Source: Candidatus Sysuiplasma jiujiangense (GTDB lineage: Archaea; Thermoplasmatota; Thermoplasmata; Sysuiplasmatales; Sysuiplasmataceae). From it: DNA of 64,000 nt. The stretch spans positions 1-64,000 of the forward strand of contig JAHEAD010000006.1 in NCBI GenBank assembly GCA_019721075.1, in the 5' to 3' direction. The notes beneath the pieces are model-generated. The model saw nothing but the letters and a program-made list of their open reading frames with translations, made no database searches and was not told where the DNA came from. This document shows, in pieces, positions 9,432 to 19,198 of the stretch. The first letter of the stretch is position 1; each line of letters starts with the position of its first letter. A program made the translations under genes and the position numbers.

Positions 9432-10274
9432 GTGGCAGCATTGGATACAGGGACTGAAAACAGGCTGGAGAACGCGATTGCGCGCCTGCGCAGTACTGTC
9501 CTTTCGCTTGAATCCGCGGTAATCGGCCTTTCCGGCGGCGTGGATAGTGCACTTGTCGCATTCATAGCAAGGGAACAGCTCGGCGACAGGGCAGTTGCTG
9601 TTACGGCCATATCGCCCTCGCTTTCATCCGAAGAGCTGGAGTCGGCTGTGAATGTTGCGTCCGAAATAGGCATAAGGCACCTGACAGTGGCCACCGGGGA
9701 GACGGAAATGGAAGCATACCTCCGCAACGATTCAATGCGCTGCTTCCACTGCAAGAAGGAACTTGCATCCGTCCTGAAGAAGGTGGCGGAGAGAGAAGGG
9801 GCCCGTAGCGTCCTGCTCGGCGTCAATAAATCCGACTTCGGTGATTTCAGGCCGGGCATCAGGGCCGCGGAAGAGGAGGGTCTGCTGTTTCCGCTGGCAA
9901 TGTGCGGCATCGAAAAGGATGATGTCAGGAGGATTGCCGGGTTGCTCGGGCTTAGCGTGCATTCGCGTCCGTCCAACGCATGCCTTTCTTCTCGTATACA
10001 GTACGGCCAGCGGCTCGACATGTCAGTCCTCAGGTCGGTGGAGGAGGCGGAGCGGTACATACGGGGCCTGGGTTTCAGAAATGTCAGGGTCAGGGTGCAT
10101 GACAGAATAGCAAGGGTCGAGATCGATGCCGGCGACATGGAACGCGCTGCTTCTCCGGCAATCAGGGAAGGCATTGTCTCCAGGCTTAAGGCGCTGGGTT
10201 TCGGCTACGTGGTTCTTGACCTTGAGGGCTTCAGGAGCGGCAGCATGAATCTGCCGCTCAGGAACAGCCGGTAG
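9432..10274 (+). CDS. larE: LarE-family ATP-dependent sulfur transferase (PP-loop)
   Basis: SGGVDS PP-loop, RCFHCK, DFRPG, NACLSSR, GFRSGSMN. Confidence 0.88.
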   Translation: MAALDTGTENRLENAIARLRSTVLSLESAVIGLSGGVDSALVAFIAREQLGDRAVAVTAISPSLSSEELESAVNVASEIGIRHLTVATGETEMEAYLRNDSMRCFHCKKELASVLKKVAEREGARSVLLGVNKSDFGDFRPGIRAAEEEGLLFPLAMCGIEKDDVRRIAGLLGLSVHSRPSNACLSSRIQYGQRLDMSVLRSVEEAERYIRGLGFRNVRVRVHDRIARVEIDAGDMERAASPAIREGIVSRLKALGFGYVVLDLEGFRSGSMNLPLRNSR

Positions 10275-13200
10275 TGCTGCCGCAGTTGAGGCATTTATAG
10301 CAGCTGCCGTTCCTTACCGTCACATGGCCGCAGACGGAGCACAGCGGGGCGTCGGAATCGAACAAAAGGCTCCTGTCCATCATGTCGGCCCGTTTTTCCT
10401 CTTCTGTGAATTCGTCAAGCGACTTGGTTGCCGGATGCACGAATGAAGGCTTAGGCACTTCATGGTTATTGCCCCTGTCGTCCACTGCCGGTTTGATCTG
10501 CACAAAGTCTGTTCTGCCGAGATATTCCATTCCAAGGATCCTGAATATAAAGTCGAGGGGGGATGTGCATGTCCTTACGTTCGGATGGTCTGTGAATCCC
10601 TGCGGCTCAAACCTGGTGAATGTGAATGCATTGACGTATTTCTCCAGCGGAACGCCGTACTGCAGCCCTATGGAAACAGCAATTGCAAAGCCGTTGAGTA
10701 TGCTCCTGTAGGATGACCCTTCCTTGTACATGTCTATGAATATCTCGCCCGGCGTCCCGTCCTCATATTCCCCTGTGCGGAGGAAGAGTTTGTGGCCCCC
10801 GATTGTGGCTTCAAGTGTGAAGCCGCCACGTTTCTTCGGCAGTTCCTTCTTCACACCACGACCGATAGTTTCCTGCCGGCTCCTGATTTCCTTTGCGGAG
10901 CTTAGAGGCTGTGAGGCTTTTGAACCGTCCCGGTAGACTGCAATGGCCTTCAGTCCCATCCTCCACGAATCGAGATATATCTGCTGTATGTCCTGCCAGG
11001 TCGTTTCCGCGGGCATATTTACCGTCTTCGATATTGCCCCGGAAATGAACGGCTGGACGGCCGCCATCATCTTGACATGCCCCATCGGCGCAATGAACCT
11101 CCTTCCCCTGCCGCTGTTGTTTGCGCAGTCGAAAATAGGTACATGCTCCCGCTTCAGCTCTGGCACAAGTTCCATGGCCTGGACGCCGTTGACATAGTCC
11201 CTTGCAGCCTGTATCTGCTCCTCGTCAAAACCAAGCGCGCGCAGCTCTTTTTCGGAAAGATGCGGCGTAAAGTCATCAAGAGATTTGGTACGATCGACAT
11301 AATCCGTTGCCCCGGCGATTTCTGCGGGTGTCAGCCCCCTCGATGAGAGACTCTCCGCGTTTATGAACGGCGCGCCATTCAGCGTTCCCCTGCCTGTAAG
11401 CTCGGTTATTATCCTGCTGACCTTATCGCTGCTGTAGCCCAGTCTGCCGAGCGCGATCTCGACGGATCTGTTAACAATTTTGAAATAACCGCCGCCGGCG
11501 AGCTTTTTCCACTTGACGATGGCAAAATCCGGCTCGATCCCGGTGGTGTCGCAGTCCATCAGGAGACCTATTGTGCCGGTTGGTGCTATGTTTGAAGCCT
11601 GTGCATTTCTGAATCCGTATTTCTCGCCGAGTTTGATGCACTCGTTCCAGTCGTCGAATGCCGCCCTGAGCAGCGGTGCGCTGACGTCAGACTGCTCAAT
11701 CCTGTAGAGAGCGTCGCGGTGCATTGCCATCACGCTAAGCATCTCCTTCCTGTTTTCAGGGAAGGCCGCAAACGGTCCTTTCACTGAAGCAATTTCGGCG
11801 GAGGTGCGGTAGCAGTGCCCGGTCACGACAGCGGCTATCGTGGCGGCGAATGCACGTCCCTCGCCGCTGTCGTACGGATAACCCATCAGCATAATGGCCG
11901 TTCCGATGTTTGCGAATCCAAGTCCGAGCGTTCTGTAAATGTGACTGTTTTTCGCTATAAGCTCCGTGGGATAAGACGCAAAATCGACTATTATCTCCAT
12001 CGCTGTGGTAAAGATGCGTATGACATGCCTGAATGAATCGATGTCGAAATTGCCCTTTTCGTCGATAAACTTCGCTATATTTATTGAAGCAAGATTGCAC
12101 GCCGTGTTGTCCAGGAACATGTATTCAGAACACGGGTTGGACGCGTTTATTCTGCCGGAATTGGGACATGTGTGCCACCTGTTTATTGTCGTGTCAAACT
12201 GCAGTCCCGGATCTGCGGATGCCCACGCCGCCCTGGATATTGCCTCCATCAGTTCGGCTGCCCTGTATGTCCGGGCGACTTCGCCTGTCGTCCGGTAGGT
12301 GGTTTTCCACTCGCCGCCGCTCAGGAACGCGTTCATGAATTCATCCGTAACCCGAACGGAGTTGTTGGAATTCTGCCCGGAGACGGTCTGGTATGCCTCG
12401 CCGTTGAAATCCGAAGGGTATCCCTCCCTTATTAGTGCCCTGACCTTTTCCTCTTCCTTTGCCTTCCAATTTATGAAAGACATTATTTCGGGGTGATCTA
12501 TGTTCAGAATAACCATCTTGGCGGCACGCCTCGTTGTCCCTCCCGACTTCGTAGCACCTGCCCCGGCATCTAAAACCTTGAGAAACGACATGAGGCCCGA
12601 TGAGGTGCCTCCACCTGAAAGTTTCTCATCCCCGGCTCTTATTTTGGAAAAGTTTGTCCCTGTGCCTGAACCGTATTTGAAGAGCCTCGCTTCATTCCTG
12701 ACAAGCTCGAATATGGACATCAGATCGTCATCTACCGACTGTATGAAACAGGCGGAACACTGCGGCCGGGAATAAGCATCCTTTGTCATGACGGCATCTT
12801 TCTTATCAAAGTCCCACGCCCAGCTGCCGCCGCTTCCGGTGATCCCGTATTCGTGGAAGAGGCCGACATTGAACCAGACAGGCGAGTTGAATGCTGCCAT
12901 CTGGTGCAGGAGTATGTAGGAGAGTTCCGCCTCAAAATTATCCGCATCCGTCCCCTGAATATAGCCGTACTGCTCACCAGCCATCCTCAGCGTGTGGGAC
13001 ACCCTGTGCACGAGCTGCCTGACACTCTTTTCGCTGCCTCCGGGCGCGCCGGCCTTTCTGAAATACTTCGAGGCGGCGATGTCCACCGCAAGCTGGCTCC
13101 AGTCTTCCGGAGCCTCTACGTCATCCATCTGAAAGATAACACTCCCGTCAGGTTCAGTTATCTTCGATGTCCTGACTGTCCACTTCACTGTAGAATACGG

Positions 13201-13392
13201 ATCTTCACCTGGTGCCGTCAGTCTGCGATCGAATCGCATGCAGCCCGGAAGTTTTTCATCCGTCCCGGCATCTTTCCCAATCTCTATCATTCCTTCATCA
13301 CCATTCTTCTGAGCCGTCTTTGCTGCTCTGCCCGCGGGAACACGTTCCCGGTCGCCCGATCTGGCCTGTTTAACGGCGCTCCTTGTATTCAT
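10258..13392 (-). CDS. nrdJ: Adenosylcobalamin-dependent (class II) ribonucleotide reductase
   Basis: FNSPVWFN, QCSACFI, KSGGTTRRAAKM, NASNPCSE, IAPTGTIG, SGAISKTVN, C-terminal CxxC/CxxC. Start uncertain: the ORF is open to 13467; ATG 13392 chosen. Confidence 0.95.
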   Translation of the reverse strand: MNTRSAVKQARSGDRERVPAGRAAKTAQKNGDEGMIEIGKDAGTDEKLPGCMRFDRRLTAPGEDPYSTVKWTVRTSKITEPDGSVIFQMDDVEAPEDWSQLAVDIAASKYFRKAGAPGGSEKSVRQLVHRVSHTLRMAGEQYGYIQGTDADNFEAELSYILLHQMAAFNSPVWFNVGLFHEYGITGSGGSWAWDFDKKDAVMTKDAYSRPQCSACFIQSVDDDLMSIFELVRNEARLFKYGSGTGTNFSKIRAGDEKLSGGGTSSGLMSFLKVLDAGAGATKSGGTTRRAAKMVILNIDHPEIMSFINWKAKEEEKVRALIREGYPSDFNGEAYQTVSGQNSNNSVRVTDEFMNAFLSGGEWKTTYRTTGEVARTYRAAELMEAISRAAWASADPGLQFDTTINRWHTCPNSGRINASNPCSEYMFLDNTACNLASINIAKFIDEKGNFDIDSFRHVIRIFTTAMEIIVDFASYPTELIAKNSHIYRTLGLGFANIGTAIMLMGYPYDSGEGRAFAATIAAVVTGHCYRTSAEIASVKGPFAAFPENRKEMLSVMAMHRDALYRIEQSDVSAPLLRAAFDDWNECIKLGEKYGFRNAQASNIAPTGTIGLLMDCDTTGIEPDFAIVKWKKLAGGGYFKIVNRSVEIALGRLGYSSDKVSRIITELTGRGTLNGAPFINAESLSSRGLTPAEIAGATDYVDRTKSLDDFTPHLSEKELRALGFDEEQIQAARDYVNGVQAMELVPELKREHVPIFDCANNSGRGRRFIAPMGHVKMMAAVQPFISGAISKTVNMPAETTWQDIQQIYLDSWRMGLKAIAVYRDGSKASQPLSSAKEIRSRQETIGRGVKKELPKKRGGFTLEATIGGHKLFLRTGEYEDGTPGEIFIDMYKEGSSYRSILNGFAIAVSIGLQYGVPLEKYVNAFTFTRFEPQGFTDHPNVRTCTSPLDFIFRILGMEYLGRTDFVQIKPAVDDRGNNHEVPKPSFVHPATKSLDEFTEEEKRADMMDRSLLFDSDAPLCSVCGHVTVRNGSCYKCLNCGSTTGCS

Positions 13393-13625
13393 TATTACAC
13401 ATCCTGGTGTCTTTAACTTTGCCACCGCCATGTCGAAAGTTGTTTCTCGTGGAGCGTAAACGCTCACGAGTTATTTCCGATACCACGACAAACCAAAGCA
13501 CGCCCCCATAGCTTACTTAAGTTGCGGGGTAACTGTGCATCCCTTTTTTTATGGGTGAGGTTGCCCTGAGTCTCGCTGGAATATAATATGTTTTTTGAAC
13601 TCAATGTGGATTCGGTTGCCAGAGT

Positions 13626-13706
13626 GATGATTATCAACATCGAATATATATTGATATTCAGTTCTGTATACAGAAGTGATATCATATTGATAATCATTAT
13701 GATATC
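13626..13706. promoter_or_regulatory. Palindrome cluster and TATA-like element upstream of nrdJ
   Basis: AATATATATT (13643-13652); perfect palindrome TTCTGTATACAGAA (13662-13675); near-perfect 29-bp palindrome (13678-13706). Confidence 0.55.
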
Positions 13707-13722
13707 CGATCCTTATCATGCC

Positions 13723-14571
13723 TCAGAACCGGAGTTTCCTGATAGAAATCTCGCTGAATTGTCTGGAATTCAGAAAAGCAGCAGCATTGCCTCCTGGAAT
13801 CGCAATTTCGATATTCCCATGTGAACCTGCCAGGACGATGATCTTTTCAGCGATCATGCCCGAATAGGTCGTGCAGTATTCAGCAACGTGCTGCGAATCC
13901 CTGCAGGTGACAGCCAGCTTGTCCCCTATCCTGAATATTTTCGAAAATACGTTGCTGGATATGTTGGTGATCACATTGCCGAACGTGTCTGAATAGAGGC
14001 ATATGCCTTCAATGCCGCCGGGAATATTTCTGATTGGGCCGAAGTCAAGTTCGCTGCAGTTTTTGCGCAATCTGCCGATCCTGCTGAAATCGTGCCCCTG
14101 CGCTAAGAATGCAGCAGCCGGGGCAAAGATATCCCTCCCGTGAAAAGTGTACGAGACTGAATCGACGTTCAGCTTTTCAGTGCTGATTTCCCTTATCTCC
14201 ATCCTTCCCGAACTTTTTGCTGCTGGAATGAGAATTCCGTTGTCGGGTCCCACGAAATAATAATTGCCGGACTTTATGGCGAGCGCACGCCTTTGTCCGC
14301 CCACACCCGGATCCACTACAACCAGGTGGATCGTGCCTGGCGGAAAGTAGCGGAAAACACTTCTGAGTACAAAGGCTCCCTCCAGCACGGACTGGGGGGA
14401 AACATCGTTTGATATGTCAACCAGGTCCGCAGAAACCCTGGACAGTATGACCGCCTTGACGGATCCTGTATATCCTCCCTTTGATCCGAAGTCGGTGAGA
14501 ATTGAAATCACAGGTCTTGCGTCTACCTGTCCGCTGTCCTGCCTGTTCTCCCTCCGCAAAGTCATTGACAC
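13723..14571 (-). CDS. DUF62 SAM hydroxide adenosyltransferase (chlorinase/fluorinase family)
   Basis: LTDFG, VVDPGVG, GPDNG, TFHGRDIFAP, DTFGNVITNI. Confidence 0.92.
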   Translation of the reverse strand: MSMTLRRENRQDSGQVDARPVISILTDFGSKGGYTGSVKAVILSRVSADLVDISNDVSPQSVLEGAFVLRSVFRYFPPGTIHLVVVDPGVGGQRRALAIKSGNYYFVGPDNGILIPAAKSSGRMEIREISTEKLNVDSVSYTFHGRDIFAPAAAFLAQGHDFSRIGRLRKNCSELDFGPIRNIPGGIEGICLYSDTFGNVITNISSNVFSKIFRIGDKLAVTCRDSQHVAEYCTTYSGMIAEKIIVLAGSHGNIEIAIPGGNAAAFLNSRQFSEISIRKLRF

Positions 14572-14643
14572 TGCATCGGGTTACATAAATAAAATAACAC
14601 CGATTGATTTGCACCCGCATTCTCTCTGCAGCTTCCGGGGAGC

Positions 14644-15027
14644 TCATTCTTTGGAGGCTATCGCCTCGATTTCGACCAGCGCTCCACGTGGCAGTGCTTT
14701 CACTGCTACGGTGGATCTTGCAGGTCTGTGCGATGCAAAATGGGCGGAGTATGCTCTGTTCACAGCTTCGAAGTTGCCAATCTCCGTAAGAAATACAGTC
14801 GTCTTGACCACATCCGTCATGGCGAAACCCGCAGACGCCAGAACTGCAGAAAGGTTCCTGAGGCATCTGTCAGCCTGTTTTCCCACATCATCAGAAACAA
14901 GGGTCGCGTTTGCCGGGTCAAGCCCGAGCTGACCGGAGCAGAATAGCATTCTGCCAATCTGGACACCCTGGGAATATGGCCCTATTGCCGCTGGCGCTCC
15001 GCTAGTTGAAACTTCCTTTGCCGACAT
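14644..15027 (-). CDS. ridA: RidA/YjgF family enamine deaminase
   Basis: APAAIGPYSQ, SGQLG, VVKTTVFL, PARSTV, VEIEAIA. Confidence 0.93.
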   Translation of the reverse strand: MSAKEVSTSGAPAAIGPYSQGVQIGRMLFCSGQLGLDPANATLVSDDVGKQADRCLRNLSAVLASAGFAMTDVVKTTVFLTEIGNFEAVNRAYSAHFASHRPARSTVAVKALPRGALVEIEAIASKE

Positions 15028-15166
15028 TTTTCCTCGGTAGTACGTATTGTGTCTGCAGATAAAAGAATTGCACCGGGTTAAAACAGAGGCAGACGCCACA
15101 GCGCAAAAAACGGGTTAAAATGTTTGAGGCACAGTCGGGACCATACAGGCCTGGGCCGGCTTACAC

Positions 15167-15334
15167 CTAGAAGTGCATCTTCCTCGAAATTCTACCGAGG
15201 ATTCCCGCCGGCTTTCTGCCAATCCTTGCGGTTCTGCTCTCCTTACGTGTTTCCTCTATGGCAAGGAGATCCAGGTAGTTCCTTTCCTTCCTGCTGTTCT
15301 GAACATTCGAATTTAATATCAACATGTCCCACAT
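15167..15334 (-). CDS. Putative 55-aa small protein (below ORF-track cutoff)
   Basis: MWDMLILNSNVQNSRKERNYLDLLAIEETRKESRTARIGRKPAGILGRISRKMHF*. SD-like GGAAGTGA precedes the ATG; AT-rich promoter shared with lrp. Confidence 0.55.
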   Translation of the reverse strand: MWDMLILNSNVQNSRKERNYLDLLAIEETRKESRTARIGRKPAGILGRISRKMHF

Positions 15335-15370
15335 TTCTAATCACTTCCTTTACTTTTGTCTGATTATTAT

Positions 15371-15440
15371 GAAAATTATTTAGTATATAACAATATCTCC
15401 GAAAATTATTCATTTCGACCTTTGAACATCGAAATTAATA
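15371..15440. promoter_or_regulatory. Three 30-bp-spaced AT-rich boxes, candidate Lrp operator array
   Basis: GAAAATTATT at 15371 and 15401; GAAATTAATA at 15431. Confidence 0.5.
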
Positions 15441-15486
15441 CGAAGATAGAAAGCTTTAACCGAATAAAGTAAGTTACACATCAAAC

Positions 15487-15990
15487 ATGGATGAAAAAGA
15501 CATCATGATTCTTGATATTCTACAGAAGGATTCAAGGACTCCGCTCAAGGAAATCGGCGAGCACGTCAGACTTGCAGCTCCCACTGTCCACGAACGGATA
15601 CAGACAATGCTCCGGAACGGCGTCATCAGAGGATTCACAATGGTCGTGGATCCTAAAAAACTCGATCTGGACATCACGGCATTCATCATGCTATATTTCA
15701 AGACAGGCGGCTCGCTCGGAGACGAGAAGGTCGTGGAACTTATAAACAGCATATCGGACATCCAGGAGTGCTTCCATCTTGCAGGTGACGAGGATCTTAT
15801 TGTAAAGGTCAAGACAAAGAATATGGTCACACTCGAAGAAATAATTTTCAGGCTATCGAAATCAGGACAGTTCAGCAGGACAAAGTCGATAATTGCCCTT
15901 TCGACGGTAAAGGAGAATGCCGGCGTGAACCTTTCGCATGTCATGGAAAGAATGGTCAGGCAGAGAGAAGAAAAGGAGAAAAGCTCCTGA
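15487..15990 (+). CDS. Lrp/AsnC family transcriptional regulator
   Basis: MDEKDIMILDILQKDSR HTH, GVIRGFT, RAM domain ECFHLAGDED. Confidence 0.93.
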   Translation: MDEKDIMILDILQKDSRTPLKEIGEHVRLAAPTVHERIQTMLRNGVIRGFTMVVDPKKLDLDITAFIMLYFKTGGSLGDEKVVELINSISDIQECFHLAGDEDLIVKVKTKNMVTLEEIIFRLSKSGQFSRTKSIIALSTVKENAGVNLSHVMERMVRQREEKEKSS

Positions 15991-16047
15991 CGGCAGCGAA
16001 CATGCGAACATGACACCTGACGGGGAGATCAGGCTTTTCAGTCCGGA

Positions 16048-17265
16048 ATGCATATGCCGTCCCGCATGGAGCAGGAAGGCGCAGTGACTCCGTTACAGGA
16101 CTCAAGGGCCGAGGGGAAGGAAAGTATAGTCTATCCCTATGAATTCGATTGCAGCATAAGGCGCAGAGCGAAAAGCTTCTCTTCAGCTTCATTCAGGCTC
16201 TCTGTTGCAGCATCTGCGCTTGAATTCCTGCTCCTTTCGGCGATCATATTCTCCGGCGGCGGGGAGGCACTTGCTCTGCGCTTAATGCATTATCCTTTTT
16301 ATTTCGCGGCGCCGCTTTTCATTTCGATCATTTTCACCCTTATGTTTGCCGCGGGACTGCCCTTCGCATGGACGTCATTCAGGCAGAAACAGCGATTCGG
16401 AATTGCCGTTTTACCGCCGCTGAAATGGCTTAAGGACGAGATCAAATTCTACGTGCTTTCCCTGGTCATTGCCGCAGCAGCTTCGGTCCTCGTCCTGCTG
16501 CTCATCTCAATATCCGGTCTGTGGTGGATCTATGCGGCTGCAATATATGTCCTGTTCATCCTGCTCTATTCCCGTTTCTTCCCCCTGCTTGCGGCAAGGT
16601 TTTTCTACACATTCAGGGAGTTGCCAGAGGGACGGGCAAGGGACGGCGTCCTGGAACTGCTTAACGCGCTGGGGCTTCAGAACCTGAAGATTTCAATGCT
16701 GGATGAAAGCGCCAGATCGAGAAGCGCCAACGCATTCGTAACAGGGCTGGGAAGGGCAAAGAGGGTTGTGCTCTTTGACAACCTGGTCAACACATTCGAT
16801 CCTGAGGAGGTAAAGTGCATAGCTGCACACGAACTAGGCCATTACCTCGCCGGAGACAGTTCTCGAAGCATGGCAATCCAGTCTGCAGCCGCGTTCCTGT
16901 ATGCAGGTGTCATCTATCTGGTTTACAGCCTTTCCCTGACCTCCAGGCTCCTGTATTCCCGCACCGATCCGCTGTCTCTCCTCATCATGTCCCTGACCGC
17001 CGGCATGCTTTCCCTCCTCCTGTCACCGCTGGCCAACTATTATTCAAGACTCAGAGAGAAGAAGGCGGATGAATTCTCGCTGAGGGTATCGGGAAACCCG
17101 GAGGCATTCATATCCGGCGAAAAAAGACTGTGTGACATCAATCTCATGGATGAAGAACCGTCATACTTGAGGCGTATACTCTTTGCAACACACCCGTCCA
17201 CGCTGGAGCGGATAGAAATGGGGAAGAGATGGACAGGAGGGAGGAATACCTCGGACCGTGACTGA
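16048..17265 (+). CDS. M48 family membrane zinc metallopeptidase (Ste24/HtpX-like)
   Basis: Several TM segments; NAFVTG, AHELGH, EKKAD, THPSTLERI. Confidence 0.92.
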   Translation: MHMPSRMEQEGAVTPLQDSRAEGKESIVYPYEFDCSIRRRAKSFSSASFRLSVAASALEFLLLSAIIFSGGGEALALRLMHYPFYFAAPLFISIIFTLMFAAGLPFAWTSFRQKQRFGIAVLPPLKWLKDEIKFYVLSLVIAAAASVLVLLLISISGLWWIYAAAIYVLFILLYSRFFPLLAARFFYTFRELPEGRARDGVLELLNALGLQNLKISMLDESARSRSANAFVTGLGRAKRVVLFDNLVNTFDPEEVKCIAAHELGHYLAGDSSRSMAIQSAAAFLYAGVIYLVYSLSLTSRLLYSRTDPLSLLIMSLTAGMLSLLLSPLANYYSRLREKKADEFSLRVSGNPEAFISGEKRLCDINLMDEEPSYLRRILFATHPSTLERIEMGKRWTGGRNTSDRD

Positions 17266-17272
17266 AATATAG

Positions 17273-17722
17273 GTGATGCCCGATCACACATGCGGGGAGT
17301 CAACGAAGGAATACGCTGTCACACTGGACAGGAAAAACGGTGGGCTCGCGGAACTGACTGATCAGCTGGGAAACAGCGGCGTGAACATCATAACGCTGAG
17401 TATGGTAGATGGAAACGGCGCAAGAACGGTGAGGCTGATCACGTCGGATGAGAAGACATGCAGGGATATGCTGGAAAAATTAAAATTGCGATATACCGAA
17501 AATGAAATTGTCACCGTTGTAGTTGAAGACAAGCCTGGTTCTCTCGCAAAACTGCTGAAAAAACTTCATCGTTCCAACGTGGAGGTAAATTCAACCTACA
17601 TGCTGAACAAGAGGAACGGGAAGGTCGAAATTGTTCTGGGCCTCAGCGATATCGAGGAAGGTAAGAATCTCCTCTTCAGGAAGCTCGGGCTGTCCTCCAC
17701 AATTCAGGCAGTGAAGGACTGA
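17273..17722 (+). CDS. Tandem ACT domain protein
   Basis: Two ACT-like repeats (DRKNGGLAEL, EDKPGSLAKL). Confidence 0.8.
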   Translation: MMPDHTCGESTKEYAVTLDRKNGGLAELTDQLGNSGVNIITLSMVDGNGARTVRLITSDEKTCRDMLEKLKLRYTENEIVTVVVEDKPGSLAKLLKKLHRSNVEVNSTYMLNKRNGKVEIVLGLSDIEEGKNLLFRKLGLSSTIQAVKD

Positions 17723-18033
17723 CCGCAGCTGCAGGTGCTCTTTGCATTGGGATTGCTGAATGTGAAACCCGAACCCTGGAGGCTGTCTACATAGTCAACT
17801 TCGGTCCCCTCGATATATGCCGCGCTTTCCCTGTCAACGACGATTTTCACACCGCCTTTCTCAATCTGGAAATCGTTCAGCGCGTCAACCTTCTCGTCAA
17901 AGCTCATGCCGTACTTGAAACCGCCGCAACCTCCTCCTGCCACGTAAACCCTGAGATAAGCAGATTTCCCTCCCTGCGGCAAAAGCGTCTTTACCTTGCT
18001 GATGGCCTTCTCCGTGAATATTATGTCAAACAT
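17704..18033 (-). CDS. A-type Fe-S cluster carrier (HesB/IscA/ErpA family)
   Basis: GGGCGGFKY and NPNAKSTCSCGQSF. Confidence 0.93.
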   Translation of the reverse strand: MFDIIFTEKAISKVKTLLPQGGKSAYLRVYVAGGGCGGFKYGMSFDEKVDALNDFQIEKGGVKIVVDRESAAYIEGTEVDYVDSLQGSGFTFSNPNAKSTCSCGQSFTA

Positions 18034-18154
18034 TTTTTCCGTCCCGGTATTTTATTGTACAATTTGATATATAAACATTTATTAGCTCCTCCCGCTAAGA
18101 TCATGCAGAGGTACTGGCGCGTGGCGCGTCCAGGCAGGTGCGGGTCATTAAGCC

Positions 18155-19198
18155 TTAGACGGTGAGCACTATTTTCCCGACATGTGCGCCACTCTCCATA
18201 TAATCCTGCGCCTGCGGCGCTTCCTCCAGCGTAAATACCCTGTCCACTATGGGATTCAGCCGGCCGGAGAAGACAAGGTCCATCACCGTATGGAATTCTT
18301 CGGGATCGCCCATTGTCGAACCGAGTATGCCAAGCTGCTTCCAGAAGACAAAACTCAGATCTGTTGATATCTGCCCTCCCGACGTTCTGCCGTAATTGAC
18401 AAACCTCCCCCCCTTCTCCAAAAGGCGGAAACTGTCCTTCCACACTGCGCTGCCGACAGAATCGAGAACGATATCGAACAGTTTCCCTCCTCTTCCAATG
18501 TGCCTTTTTGCCCAGCCTTCACCTTCCCCCGTTACGATCACCTCATCCGCTCCGGCCCTGAGAAGTGCCTCCTCCTTTGCCGCATACCTGGTCGTTACAG
18601 CGACATGGCAGTTGAACAGTTTTCCGATCTGGACGGCAGCAGAGGAAACACCTCCGCTGCCGCCAGTAACGAGTAGCCTTTCCCCAAACCGTACTTTCGC
18701 CCTGCCTGCAAGCGCATGCCATGCCGTCAGATAAACCAGCGGCGCGGCCGCTGCCTTTACGGAAGGGTAGTCTGCCGGCACTTTCTTCAGATTTCTCTGG
18801 GGCACGGCTACAAACTGCGCATAGGTGCCGTTGAGATGCTCGCCCAGTATCCTGTAATCTCTGCACAGCGAGGCCCTTCCGGAGATGCATTCCCGGCAGA
18901 TCCCGCAGCTTATGCCAGGGTTAAACACGATCCTGTCGCCTTCAGAAAAACTGCCGTTTCCTCCGGACACCTCAACGACCCTGCCCGCGGCATCTGCGCC
19001 GGGAATGTGCGGCATTTCCACTTTCAGTCCCGGAAAGCCATTTCTCACGGTTATGTCAAGTCTGTTGACAGACGCAGCTTCCACGCGTATGAGCGCTTCC
19101 CCGTCGTGAGGCACGGGGATGCCGAACGACATCATTCTGAGCACGTCCGACGCGCCATGCTTGCTGAAAGCCATCCCTTTCATTCCGTCATTCTGCAT
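18155..19198 (-). CDS. Zinc-binding medium-chain dehydrogenase/reductase
   Basis: Structural Zn site CGICRECISGRASLC; NRLD and GAD replace the catalytic-Zn motifs; TGGSGGV. Start approximate. Confidence 0.88.
   Translation of the reverse strand: MQNDGMKGMAFSKHGASDVLRMMSFGIPVPHDGEALIRVEAASVNRLDITVRNGFPGLKVEMPHIPGADAAGRVVEVSGGNGSFSEGDRIVFNPGISCGICRECISGRASLCRDYRILGEHLNGTYAQFVAVPQRNLKKVPADYPSVKAAAAPLVYLTAWHALAGRAKVRFGERLLVTGGSGGVSSAAVQIGKLFNCHVAVTTRYAAKEEALLRAGADEVIVTGEGEGWAKRHIGRGGKLFDIVLDSVGSAVWKDSFRLLEKGGRFVNYGRTSGGQISTDLSFVFWKQLGILGSTMGDPEEFHTVMDLVFSGRLNPIVDRVFTLEEAPQAQDYMESGAHVGKIVLTV

Noticed and set aside
10258..13467. Intein in nrdJ (also considered for polB)
   Set aside because: Conserved motifs are contiguous, lengths are ordinary, and no intein splice or LAGLIDADG motifs were seen.
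13393..13620. Cobalamin riboswitch or NrdR box upstream of nrdJ
   Set aside because: I could not recognise a B12-box or a convincing NrdR consensus by eye; an Rfam scan is needed.
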